Below, in pieces: positions 31,887 to 41,430 of a stretch of DNA of 64,000 nt. This stretch comes from an uncultured Chthonomonadaceae bacterium (GTDB lineage: Bacteria; Armatimonadota; Chthonomonadetes; Chthonomonadales; Chthonomonadaceae): the NCBI GenBank assembly GCA_963835065.1, contig CAWIEK010000046.1, forward strand, positions 96,001-160,000, in the 5' to 3' direction. Under the pieces are notes generated by a model that saw only the letters and a program-made list of their open reading frames with translations, made no database searches and had not been told where the DNA came from. The translations under genes were made by a program, and so were the position numbers. Position 1 is the first letter of the stretch. The number at the start of each line of letters is the position of its first letter.

Positions 31887-32192
31887 ATGGAAGTTGCCTT
31901 GGCTGATTTGTTGGAGAAACCAATTGGTTTGGATTTCGAAGCGTTTCATGCCTGGCTGCAGCAAGAGGCAAAGACGCGAAACATTCAGGCTTATTTCGCT
32001 ATTCGCTCGGCGAAGATGCTTGAGGATGGCTACCTTAAATTGCCGACTTACATCGGCAATCCGGGGACTGCCTATGAACAGGTGGTTTTGATGGGAGACC
32101 TCGAAGACGCGTGGAACGATCAGGAACCAAAGCCTGAGTTTAAGTTGCATCTCTACCCGATGGGCAAGCCCCACGAGTGGAGCGGCGAGTAG
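31887..32192 (+). CDS. Small HEPN-partner protein, copy 2
   Basis: WLQQEA..RNIQA...GYLKLP...LEDAWNDQEPKP. Confidence 0.72.
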   Translation: MEVALADLLEKPIGLDFEAFHAWLQQEAKTRNIQAYFAIRSAKMLEDGYLKLPTYIGNPGTAYEQVVLMGDLEDAWNDQEPKPEFKLHLYPMGKPHEWSGE

Positions 32193-32236
32193 AACGACAC
32201 AAGTGTGCCTGTAACCACCGCGTCTTGAAGCAGTTG

Positions 32237-32345
32237 GCGGCATTGACATCGAAATCAAGCTGTAGGCGAAATCCGCATGGCATCGTGGCAGCAATGGCTG
32301 AATATGGCGATTAAGTCGCAGATATTCTGCCTCAAGGGTAAAATC
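32237..32345 (+). pseudogene. Diverged duplicate of rpsJ 3' end followed by an internally deleted HEPN remnant
   Basis: ggcattgacatcgaaatcaagctgtag (GIDIEIKL*), then MASWQQWLNMAIKSQ joined to ILPQG*. Confidence 0.8.
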
Positions 32346-32585
32346 ATGTACGAAGATATACAGAACTGGTTTTGCACCGAAGCGCAGAAGCGGCACATCC
32401 CGGCAAAGTTCTTTATGGATGGAATTGAAGCGCATCCCGGTTTTATCCGTATTCCTGTTCGCATCGAAGATGACAGTCTGGATTATGGGGACAGGGCGGA
32501 CAGGATGCAAGATTTGGAAGACTCCTGGAATGATCAGGAGCCGAAACCAAAACTGCTGGTCATTTTGCAGCCAGCGAAACACTAA
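32346..32585 (+). CDS. Small HEPN-partner protein, copy 3
   Basis: MYEDIQNWFCTEAQKRHI...LEDSWNDQEPKP, close paralog of copy 1. Confidence 0.75.
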   Translation: MYEDIQNWFCTEAQKRHIPAKFFMDGIEAHPGFIRIPVRIEDDSLDYGDRADRMQDLEDSWNDQEPKPKLLVILQPAKH

Positions 32586-32597
32586 CGAGGAGAACTT

Positions 32598-33227
32598 ATG
32601 GCGGTCAACACAATTCTGGGCAGAAAAATCGGCATGACCCAGGTCTTCAATGACCGGGGCGAAGTAGTGCCGGTTTCCGTGATAGAAGCAGGCCCCTGCA
32701 TTGTCACGCAGCTCAAAAGTGTTGAAAAAGACGGCTACGTAGCCGTCCAGGTCGGGTTTGGCGAGATACGCCCCCGGCTTGTCAACAAACCGGAAACGGG
32801 GCACTTCACCAAAGCAGGCATCGCGCCAACGCGACACCTGCGCGAAATCCGCACCGACGACACAAGCGCGTACAAATTGGGCGATGCCATTAAATGTGAC
32901 ATCTTCGCGCCCAACCAGCGCGTCAAGGTGACGGGTATATCCAAAGGCAAAGGTTTTGCCGGCGTCGTTAAGCGCTACCACTTTCATGGCGGCGATATGA
33001 CGCACGGCTCCATGATCCACCGCAAGCCGCAGTCCAGCGGCGCGACCGATGCGGCCCGCACGTTCAAGGGAACCAAAAAACCCGGACAAATGGGCAACAA
33101 GCAGGTGTCGGTGCGCGGACTGCGCATTGTGCGCGTGGACCCGGAACAAAATTTACTGCTGATCGAGGGCGCTATTCCCGGCTCCGACGGCGGGCTTGTG
33201 ACCATTCAGCGCCTGGGGCGACGGTAG
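32598..33227 (+). CDS. rplC: 50S ribosomal protein L3
   Basis: GRKIGMTQVF, SKGKGFAGVVKR, PGQMG. Confidence 0.98.
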   Translation: MAVNTILGRKIGMTQVFNDRGEVVPVSVIEAGPCIVTQLKSVEKDGYVAVQVGFGEIRPRLVNKPETGHFTKAGIAPTRHLREIRTDDTSAYKLGDAIKCDIFAPNQRVKVTGISKGKGFAGVVKRYHFHGGDMTHGSMIHRKPQSSGATDAARTFKGTKKPGQMGNKQVSVRGLRIVRVDPEQNLLLIEGAIPGSDGGLVTIQRLGRR

Positions 33228-33242
33228 GAGATAGCAAACATC

Positions 33243-34010
33243 ATGGCAAGCATTACACTATTGAACCAGGAGGGCGGCCAGGTCGGCGCGCTCGAACTGC
33301 CTGATGCGGTCTTCGGCGTCGAATACAATCAGGCGCTCGTCCATCAGGCTATCGTGTCCGAAGAAGCCAACCAGCGGCAGGGCACCCACAACACCAAACA
33401 ACGCTCCGATGTGCGCGGCGGCGGACGCAAGCCCTGGAAGCAAAAGGGCACGGGACGCGCTCGGCAGGGTACGATCCGCGCTCCGCAGTGGCGTGGCGGC
33501 GGCGTCGTATTCGGCCCGCACCCCCGCGATTACCGCAAAGCGTTTCCCGTCGCTATGCGGCGCGGCGCGATGCGCAGCGTGCTTTCTGAAAAAGTGCGCG
33601 AAGGCAACATCATCGGACTCGACGCGCTCAATTTCACGGAAGCCAAAACCAAGAACGCGGTTGCTTTGCTCAAGGCGCTCAATCTTGGGGATACCAAGCG
33701 CGTCCTGATCGTGGTTCCCGAACACAGCGAAACCCTGCGCCGCGCAACGCGCAATCTGGAAAGTCAGGGATTGGAACTGCGGTTCGCGCCCAACTTCTCC
33801 GTGCGCGACGCGCTGGTGGCGAATAAGATCGTCATTGTGCAGGACGCGATTGCCAAAATCGAAGCGGTCTGGACCTCCAAAAGCAAGAAGCAGGGCAACA
33901 GCGCCCTGGGCGCGCAGGAGGATACCGCCGAAGACGCCGCCGCGATTATGACCGACGGCTCTATAGAAAATTCCACGATTGGAACAGAAGGAGCGGAGGT
34001 GTCCGCATGA
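33243..34010 (+). CDS. rplD: 50S ribosomal protein L4 with acidic C-terminal extension
   Basis: [30 protein letters not shown]. Confidence 0.97.
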   Translation: MASITLLNQEGGQVGALELPDAVFGVEYNQALVHQAIVSEEANQRQGTHNTKQRSDVRGGGRKPWKQKGTGRARQGTIRAPQWRGGGVVFGPHPRDYRKAFPVAMRRGAMRSVLSEKVREGNIIGLDALNFTEAKTKNAVALLKALNLGDTKRVLIVVPEHSETLRRATRNLESQGLELRFAPNFSVRDALVANKIVIVQDAIAKIEAVWTSKSKKQGNSALGAQEDTAEDAAAIMTDGSIENSTIGTEGAEVSA

Positions 34011-34339
34011 GAGACGTACACGAAATCATCATTCGCCCGCTGCTGACGGAAAAAAGCACCATTCAGGCGCAGCAGAACAAATACCACTTCAAAGTGAACC
34101 CGTCGGCCAACAAGATTGAGATTGCGGACGCGGTTGGCAAAATCTATGCCAGCGCGGGCGCGAAAGTGCTGGCGGTCAATACCATCCATGTCAAAGGCAA
34201 GAAAAAGCGCGCCATGACAAAGGGCGGCAAGCCCGGCTACTCGCCCAACTGGAAAAAGGCCATCGTGACCACAGATAAGCCTCTCGAACTCTTTGATTTT
34301 ATGGATCAGGGAACCAACGATCCGGGAGGGCAGGTGTAA
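34007..34339 (+). CDS. rplW: 50S ribosomal protein L23
   Basis: PLLTEKS, ANKIEI, WKKAIV. Confidence 0.95.
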   Translation: MRDVHEIIIRPLLTEKSTIQAQQNKYHFKVNPSANKIEIADAVGKIYASAGAKVLAVNTIHVKGKKKRAMTKGGKPGYSPNWKKAIVTTDKPLELFDFMDQGTNDPGGQV

Positions 34340-34342
34340 CAA

Positions 34343-35204
34343 ATGCCGATTCGACATTATAAACCCAATACGCCGGGAACCCGCTTCCGCTCCGTTGCCA
34401 CGCATACGGAACTGACGAAGCAGGAAGGCAAAAACCAGCCGGTTCGCCCGCATAAGCCCCTGCTGGAACCCATCAAAAAGAGCGGCGGACGTAACAACAA
34501 AGGCCGCATCACCAGCCGGTTCCGGGGCGGCGGCAACAAGCGCATGTACCGGATCATTGACTTCAAGCGCAACAAGTACGACATGCCCGCAACCGTGCGA
34601 ACCATCGAGTACGATCCCAACCGGACGTGCCGCATCTCCCTGGTGGAATACGCGGACGGCGAAAAGCGCTACATCCTGACTCCCATCGGCATGAAAGTCG
34701 GCGATACGATTATCTGCCAGCGAAACGGCGGATATTCGGCCCGGCAACAGCCTGCCCCTGTACGCCATTCCTGTCGGCACAGTCATCCACAACGTGGAAC
34801 TGCACCTGGGCAAGGGCGGGCAGCTTGTTCGCTCTGCGGGCGTCGGCGCGCAGTTGATGGGCAAGGGCAGCGGCAGCAAGTTCGGACAGGTGCGCCTGCC
34901 TTCGGGCGAAACGCGCCTGATTCTGCTGACGTGCCATGCCACCATCGGACAGGTCGGCAACCCCGAACACGAGAACATCTCGCTCGGCAAAGCGGGCGCG
35001 ACGCGCTGGCGCGGACGCCGGGGCCATGTGCGCGGTATCGCCATGACGCCACGCGATCACCCGCACGGCGGCGGCGAAGCGCAAAGCCCCATCGGACGCA
35101 AAAAAGGTCCGGCTTCGCCCTGGGGCAAACCCGCCATTGGCGCCAAGACCCGCCGCAACAAGGCGACGGACAAGTTCATTATCCGCAGAAGGAACAGCAA
35201 GTAA
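34343..35204 (+). CDS. rplB: 50S ribosomal protein L2 (apparent frameshift near 34715)
   Basis: [16 protein letters not shown]; second frame [16 protein letters not shown]. Confidence 0.95.
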
Positions 35205-35308
35205 GGGAACAGGGAACAGGGAACAGGGAACAGTAGATTTCCTTCTTCCTCAACCTATCAGAAGAATACAGGGATTTACTGTTCCCTGTTCCCTGTTCCC
35301 TGTTCCCT
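35204..35308. repeat. Heptamer palindrome (AGGGAAC)4 - spacer - (GTTCCCT)4
   Basis: Between rplB and rpsS. Confidence 0.92.
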
Positions 35309-35321
35309 TCGGAGATACTCG

Positions 35322-35609
35322 ATGGGACGTTCACTCAAAAAAGGACCGTATGCCGATCCGAAGCTGCTGGAAAAGGTGCGGGGCATGAATGCGCGCAATG
35401 AAAAGAAGGCCATCAAGACCTGGTCGCGCCGCTCCACCATTTTCCCGGACTTCATCGGGCATACCATGCTCGTACACGATGGGCGCAAGCATATTCCGAT
35501 TTTCATTACCGAAAACATGGTCGGACACAAGCTGGGCGAATTCGCCGGAACGCGCCTTTTCCGCGGACATGCCGGGCAGCAGGTCGAACGCCGCTCCGGC
35601 ATCAAATAG
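35322..35609 (+). CDS. rpsS: 30S ribosomal protein S19
   Basis: [24 protein letters not shown]. Confidence 0.98.
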   Translation: MGRSLKKGPYADPKLLEKVRGMNARNEKKAIKTWSRRSTIFPDFIGHTMLVHDGRKHIPIFITENMVGHKLGEFAGTRLFRGHAGQQVERRSGIK

Positions 35610-35627
35610 AAAGGGACGCGAACCGTC

Positions 35628-36545
35628 ATGTCCAATGACACAGTTGACTCCAATGTGGGCGTCCTCGAACGCCCGCGCCAGCACCGCGAAAACCGCAAAA
35701 AGAACATCGGGCGCAAAGTGGCCCCCAATCAGGCGTTTGCCGTCGTGAAGTTTATCCGCGTTCCGCCGCGCAAAGCGCGCTCTGGTGATAAACGAAGTGC
35801 GCGGCAAGTACGCCAATGACGCGCTGGCTTTTCTGCGCTTCATTCCGAATCGCGCGGCAGGCTACATCTCGAAAGTGCTGTACTCGGCTGTCGCCAACGC
35901 CGCCAACAATCACGGCCTTAACCCCGATAACCTGAAACTGGTGGAAGCCCGCGTAGACGAAGGCCCGCGCATGAAGCGCGTACAGCCCCGCGCGCAGGGA
36001 CGGGCATACCGCATCCTGAAGCGGATGAGCCATATCACGGTTATCGTGGAAGAAGTGGAACCCAAGCCGCGCAAGCCGAAGAAGACCGGACGCCGCAATC
36101 AGCAGCCCGGACGACAGCAGCAGGCAACGCCGACGACAGCCTCCGCGCCCGTCGCCGCGCCGCAGGCAACGGAAGACACCACGCCCATAACAACGACGGA
36201 AGATACGACGCCCGGTGAGATTGAGGCGACAACGGCAGCCGAAGCAACAACAGCGGCAGTCGCAACCGAAGCCACAACGCCCCACGTTCCGGCAGTGGAA
36301 ACAACCCCGGCGCCAACGAAGCGACGGAAACCGTAACAACCGGCGCGGCGCAGTCCACGAGCGAAGTAACCGAAGGCCCGCAAACGGCGAACCCGGCGAC
36401 AACCGACGAAATCGGCGCGCCGACAACCCCGCCCGCCATAGAGCCGACAACCGCGCCAACGGACGGCGACGTGACCGGCAGCACACAGGCCGAAACCGCC
36501 AACACAGGCGACAAAACCGACGAAATTGGAGCGCCGACCGAGTAG
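35628..36545 (+). CDS. rplV: 50S ribosomal protein L22 with long Thr/Ala/Glu/Pro-rich tail (frameshifts near 35781 and 36318)
   Basis: [36 protein letters not shown]. Confidence 0.9.
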
Positions 36546-36551
36546 GAGGGA

Positions 36552-36670
36552 AGATATAAGATATAAGATATAAGATATAAGTGTGGAGTCAGTGCAGTGT
36601 CTACTACATCAGTGGAGTAAGTGAGCAGAAGGCATCCTTACTTATATCTTATATCTTATATCTTATATCT
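36552..36670. repeat. Heptamer palindrome (AGATATA)4 - spacer - (TATATCT)4
   Basis: Between rplV and rpsC. Confidence 0.92.
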
Positions 36671-36690
36671 CCTGCCTCTCAGGAGAAAAC

Positions 36691-37915
36691 ATGGGCCAGA
36701 AAGTACACCCAATCGGATTTCGGATCGGCGTGATTCGCGATACGGAGAGCAAGTGGTATCTCCCGAAGCGCGGTTTCGCCGACGCCGTGTATGAAGATTA
36801 CAAAATTCGCCGCTACATCAAGAAGCACAAGATTCTTGCCAACGCCGCTATTTCCCGCGTGGAAATCGAGCGGGGCGGCAACCGCGTGAAAGCCACGCTG
36901 CATACGGCCAAGCCCGGCATCATCATCGGGCGGCAGGGGCAGGGCGTGGACAACCTCAAAGCCGAACTGGAAAAGCTGACTCAAAAGCAGGTGCATGTTT
37001 CTGTCAACGAAATCCGGCAGCCGGATCAAGACGCGCAGCTTGTGGCCGAAAGCATCGCGCAGCAGATCGAAAAGCGCATCGCGTACAAGCGGGCTATGCG
37101 TCAGGCGGTTTTGCGGGCTATGAAGCTGGGCGTCAAGGGCATCCGCGTGATGTGTTCCGGGCGGTTGGCGGGCGCGGAAATGGCGCGTAAAGAGCAGGAT
37201 CGTCAGGGCAAAATCCCCCTGCATACCCTGCGCGCCGATATTGACTACGGCTTTGCCGAAGCGGCAACAACGTATGGCAACATCGGCATCAAAGTCTGGA
37301 TTTACAAGGGCGATGTTCTGCCCGGACAGGCGCAGACAGACCGAATCCGAACCGGCTCGCCCGCAGCGTGGCGACGGACGCCCGGATCGTTCCGGCGAGC
37401 GCTCCGATACCGGACGCGGCGGACGCGGCGGTGAGCGTGGCGGACGCGGCGGTGATCGCGGCGGCAGAGGCGGCGGTGGCGGACGCGGCGGCCAGGGTGG
37501 CGGCGGTGGCTACGCCGGCGGTGGCGGCCAGGGCGGCGGTCAAGGCGGTGGCGGCTACGCAGGTGGCGGCGGACGTGGCGGCGGCGGTCAAGGCGGCCAG
37601 GGTGGCGGCCAGGGCGGACCTGCCCGCACCGGTGGACGCGGTGACGGCTTCGGCGGCGCGGCACAGGGCGGACCCCGCGCGCAGGGCACAGGCGGCAGCC
37701 GTCCGAGCGGCGGTGGCGGCGGAACAAGCCGTCCGGGCGCAGGCGGCGGACCGAGTGGTGTGCCGGGTGGCGGCGGACGACCTGCGGGTGAGCAGGGCCG
37801 ACGCGCCGATGTTAGTGGAACCGGGCGCGAAGCGCCGCAGGGCCATCAGGATCAACGCGGGGGCGCAGGCCCCGGCGGGGGTCATCCCAACGATAATCCT
37901 ACACCGAATGAGTAG
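36691..37915 (+). CDS. rpsC: 30S ribosomal protein S3 with long Gly/Arg-rich tail (frameshift near 37335)
   Basis: [39 protein letters not shown]. Confidence 0.93.
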
Positions 37916-37929
37916 GTGTGCGGCGGAGA

Positions 37930-38054
37930 AGGGAACAGGAAACAGGGAACAGGGAACAGTAGAATGTACTGTGAACTAAAACCCTCAATTAAGCCAGGGC
38001 AAAGGTTCAGCGGGCGCATCCTGCTGTTCCCTGTTCCCTGTTTCCTGTTCTCTG
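37930..38054. repeat. Heptamer palindrome (AGGGAAC)n / (GTTCCCT)n
   Basis: Between rpsC and rplP. Confidence 0.88.
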
Positions 38055-38082
38055 TACTCTGCTTCATGGAGGAAACCAAACA

Positions 38083-38571
38083 ATGTTGATGCCGAAGCGC
38101 GTGAAACACCGCAAACAGCATCGTGGGCGCCGCGACGGTAAAGCGTCGGGCGGAACGGAAGTCTCTTTCGGCGATTTCGGCCTGCAAGCTATGGAGTCTT
38201 GCTGGATGACGGCCAACCAGATCGAAGCCGCGCGTATCGCCATGAACCGCTACATCAAGCGGCAGGGCAAAATCTGGATTCGCATTTTCCCCGATAAGCC
38301 GTTTACCAAGAAGCCGGCGGAAACCCGCATGGGTTCCGGTAAGGGCGCTCCTGACGGCTGGGTCGCGGTAATCAAGCCGGGGCGCGTGTTGTTCGAGATG
38401 GGCGGCGTGGCCGAATCGGTGGCGCGGGAAGCGATGCGGCTTGCCTCGCATAAGCTGCCGATTGAAACCAAGTTTATCCGGCGCGACACGCCGACTGCGA
38501 TGGTGGATGAATTGGATGCCGAGGAAGCGGCGGAAGTGCTGACGGAGGGCGATGACAATGGCGGAGCTTAA
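38083..38571 (+). CDS. rplP: 50S ribosomal protein L16
   Basis: [24 protein letters not shown]. Confidence 0.98.
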   Translation: MLMPKRVKHRKQHRGRRDGKASGGTEVSFGDFGLQAMESCWMTANQIEAARIAMNRYIKRQGKIWIRIFPDKPFTKKPAETRMGSGKGAPDGWVAVIKPGRVLFEMGGVAESVAREAMRLASHKLPIETKFIRRDTPTAMVDELDAEEAAEVLTEGDDNGGA

Positions 38572-38788
38572 GATAAAACAGGTGCGCGAACACCTGCGCC
38601 AGATGAGCGATGACGAACTGCGGCAGGAAATCACCGCGAACAAGGCGCTGTTGTTCGATTTTCGCCGCCGTCAGGCGATGCGCCAATTGGAAAATACGGC
38701 GGCTATTCGCAACGCGCGCAAGCAGATCGCCCGCGCGCTGACGATCATAAAAGAGCGGGAAATCGCCGCGAAAGGAGACACCAGGTAG
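38558..38788 (+). CDS. rpmC: 50S ribosomal protein L29
   Basis: [23 protein letters not shown]; operon position. Confidence 0.92.
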   Translation: MAELKIKQVREHLRQMSDDELRQEITANKALLFDFRRRQAMRQLENTAAIRNARKQIARALTIIKEREIAAKGDTR

Positions 38789-38790
38789 CC

Positions 38791-39453
38791 ATGTCAGACG
38801 AAACAGTAAACTCGGTGGCAACGCCCATCGAAACCGAACCGACAGCTGCTGCGGTGAACGCTCCCGAAGCGACTCCGGCGGAAGAAGCCATCGGCGTGTT
38901 GGCGACGCCCAATGAAGAAGCGGCTGTGGAAACTTCCACGACGGAACCCTTAGCCTCGGAAACCGCCACAACGGAAGCGAACGCGGCGGAAGCCGGCACG
39001 ACGGATGCGCCCGCAGCCGTAGAAACTCCGACTGCGGCACCGGCGATTGCCGAACCGGTTGCTGTCGCCGCTCCCACGCCGGTTGCGACGCCTGCTCCCA
39101 AAGCGAAGCCGCAGTCAACGGGCGGCGGGGCGAAGTCCAAGCTGTCCGATCCGGCCAACGACATGAACATCATTCATTTCGAGGGCGACAAGAGCGAAAC
39201 CGAGCGTGGCGGGCGCAAGGTGCGCGTGGGCCGCGTGGTCAGCAACAAAATGGAAAAGACGATTGTTGTAGCCGTGGAAACCCGCAAGCGCCATCCGTTG
39301 TACGGCAAGTTCATGCGCCAAACGGCCAAGTTCAAAGCCCATGACGAGCAGAACGAGTGCGGCGAGGGCGATACCGTGGAAATCATGGAAACCCGCCCCA
39401 TCTCCAAAGACAAGAACTGGCGCGTCGTCCGCATTGTTGCAAAAGCGAAATAG
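38791..39453 (+). CDS. rpsQ: 30S ribosomal protein S17 with ~130-aa acidic low-complexity N-terminal extension
   Basis: C-terminal [27 protein letters not shown]. Confidence 0.93.
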   Translation: MSDETVNSVATPIETEPTAAAVNAPEATPAEEAIGVLATPNEEAAVETSTTEPLASETATTEANAAEAGTTDAPAAVETPTAAPAIAEPVAVAAPTPVATPAPKAKPQSTGGGAKSKLSDPANDMNIIHFEGDKSETERGGRKVRVGRVVSNKMEKTIVVAVETRKRHPLYGKFMRQTAKFKAHDEQNECGEGDTVEIMETRPISKDKNWRVVRIVAKAK

Positions 39454-39531
39454 CAGTAGGCGGTAGTCTCAGAGTGGTCGAGTGTTCAAAGGTTTATTGC
39501 AGTAGTAGAATGAGTCGCTATGATTTGTCTC

Positions 39532-39569
39532 CCTGAACACCCAAATACCTGAACACCTGAACACCTGAC
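39532..39569 (+). repeat. (CCTGAACA)n octamer tandem
   Basis: Between rpsQ and rplN. Confidence 0.7.
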
Positions 39570-39584
39570 TTCGGAGATAGCTAG

Positions 39585-39956
39585 ATGATTCAACCCTATA
39601 CCCGTTTGCGCTGCGCCGACAATTCGGGGGCGCGCGAGATTATGTGTATTCGCGTCTTGAAAGGCTCGAATACCAAGTACGCTTATGTGGGCGATGTGAT
39701 TGTCGGCGTTGTGAAGTCGGCCACGCCCAATCAGCAGGTCAAAAAGAGCGATGTGGTAAAATGTGTTGTCGTACGCACAAAGCAGCCCATTCGCCGCCCG
39801 GATGGCAGCGTCCTGCGCTTCGATGACAACGCCGCCGTCGTTCTCGCCACCAACAATCAGGACCCGCGCGGGTCGCGTATTTTTGGCCCGGTGGCGCGTG
39901 AATTGCGCGAAAACAGCTTTATGAAGATTGTTTCGCTGGCCCCGGAGGTATTGTAA
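39585..39956 (+). CDS. rplN: 50S ribosomal protein L14
   Basis: [28 protein letters not shown]. Confidence 0.98.
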   Translation: MIQPYTRLRCADNSGAREIMCIRVLKGSNTKYAYVGDVIVGVVKSATPNQQVKKSDVVKCVVVRTKQPIRRPDGSVLRFDDNAAVVLATNNQDPRGSRIFGPVARELRENSFMKIVSLAPEVL

Positions 39957-40387
39957 TGCCCAAGCTGAAAAAGAGTACGCCGCTGGAACCGGTCAAGCTC
40001 AAAATCAAAAAAGGCGATACGGTGGAAGTAATTTCCGGCAAGGACAAAGCCTCGTCGGGACAGCCGCCCAAGCGCGGCGAAGTGCTGGCCGCGTATCCCA
40101 AGGAAAACAAAGTGCTGGTGAAGGGTGTCAACATGATCATCAAGCACCAGAAGGAACGGCCTTCCAGCCGCCCGTCCCTGAACAACGCCACGCCCCCGCC
40201 GATTCCCGGCGGGCGCATTGAAAAAGAAAACCCGCTTTTCGTCGCTAAAGTGATGCTTGTCTGCCCGAACTGCCAGCGTCCCACCCGCGTAGGCTACGCC
40301 TTCCGCGAGGGGCAGGAAAAGCTGTCGCGCCGCAAGTACCGCGTGTGCAAGCATCCTGACTGCGCGAAAGCGATTGACCAGAGTTAA
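39956..40387 (+). CDS. rplX: 50S ribosomal protein L24 (Cys-containing form)
   Basis: [18 protein letters not shown] motif; CPNC...CKHPDC. Confidence 0.95.
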   Translation: MPKLKKSTPLEPVKLKIKKGDTVEVISGKDKASSGQPPKRGEVLAAYPKENKVLVKGVNMIIKHQKERPSSRPSLNNATPPPIPGGRIEKENPLFVAKVMLVCPNCQRPTRVGYAFREGQEKLSRRKYRVCKHPDCAKAIDQS

Positions 40388-40391
40388 TATC

Positions 40392-40559
40392 TCACCACAG
40401 AGGCACAGAGACACAGAGGCTTCACAGAGAAAAGAACAGATAAAAGAAAAGGCAAGAAGAGTAGAACCGTAAGACTTCTTCTTTTCTCCTTTTCTCCTTT
40501 TCTCCTTTTCTTCTTTTCTTCTCTGTGGAACCTCTGTGTCTCTGTGCCTCTGTGGTGAA
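40392..40559. repeat. Nonamer palindrome (CACAGAGxx)n / (xxCTCTGTG)n with nested TTTTCTCC repeats
   Basis: tcaccacagaggcacagagacacagagg ... cctctgtgtctctgtgcctctgtggtga. Confidence 0.9.
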
Positions 40560-40610
40560 CGACTTTCCCGCCGCCGGTCGGAAATCGGTGGGCGTTTAAG
40601 GGAGCGATTT

Positions 40611-41171
40611 ATGCCTACAACGGCTCGTTTGAAAGAGCGCTACAAGTCTGAAGTAGCGCCCGGCCTCATCAAGCAGTTCAACTACAAGAACGTGATGCAG
40701 GCTCCGAGGATTGACAAAATCGTGATTAACATGGGCGTCGGGCGCGCGGGACAGACCGGCGGCGACAGCAAGGAACTGGACGGAGCCGTGCGCGATATGA
40801 CGGCGATTGCGGGGCAGAAGCCGCTCATCACGCGCGCCCGCAAGTCCATCGCCAACTTCAAGTTGCGCGAAGGTTCGCGGGTCGGCTGCAAAGTGACCCT
40901 GCGCGGTGAGCGCATGTACGAGTTCTTTGATCGTCTGGTCAACGCGACGCTGCCGCGTATCCGGGACTTTCAGGGTATTTCGCCCAACTCGTTCGACGGC
41001 AGAGGCAACTTTGCGATGGGCATGAAAGAGCAGCTTGTCTTCCCCGAAATTGATTACGACAAGATTGACAAGGTGCGCGGCATGGATATTATCATCTGCA
41101 CCACTGCCAATACGGACGAGGAAGCCCGCGCCCTGCTCAAAGCGATGGGAATGCCTTTCCGCGATAAGTAG
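40611..41171 (+). CDS. rplE: 50S ribosomal protein L5
   Basis: [33 protein letters not shown]. Confidence 0.98.
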   Translation: MPTTARLKERYKSEVAPGLIKQFNYKNVMQAPRIDKIVINMGVGRAGQTGGDSKELDGAVRDMTAIAGQKPLITRARKSIANFKLREGSRVGCKVTLRGERMYEFFDRLVNATLPRIRDFQGISPNSFDGRGNFAMGMKEQLVFPEIDYDKIDKVRGMDIIICTTANTDEEARALLKAMGMPFRDK

Positions 41172-41206
41172 GCTTGCGTTTTGGAAACCGAATACGAGTT
41201 CGCTTA

Positions 41207-41247
41207 AAACAGCCCGCTGTTGTTGGAAAACAATGGCGGGCTGTTTG
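41207..41247. terminator. Terminator hairpin ending the ribosomal block after rplE
   Basis: aaacagcccgc...gcgggctgttt. Confidence 0.75.
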
Positions 41248-41430
41248 TCATTAAAACCTGATATTATCCTGCTCTTTCGTTCAGGCCATGCAATGTGGAA
41301 GGGGATTCAAACGTTGTAGGAAGTAGGGCAGGAGAATTGCAGGGTGTATGAAGAATGTTGACTCGTAAGTTACGTATCCATGCAGAGGATTGCAGGGACT
41401 TCGACTGTTTGATGGGAAAGGGGCGCAGGC

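Noticed and set aside
34343..37915. Programmed frameshifting or pseudogenisation of rplB, rplV and rpsC
   Set aside because: These are essential genes with scattered single-base indels and no slippery motifs. Similar breaks occur across the window, so assembly errors are far more likely.
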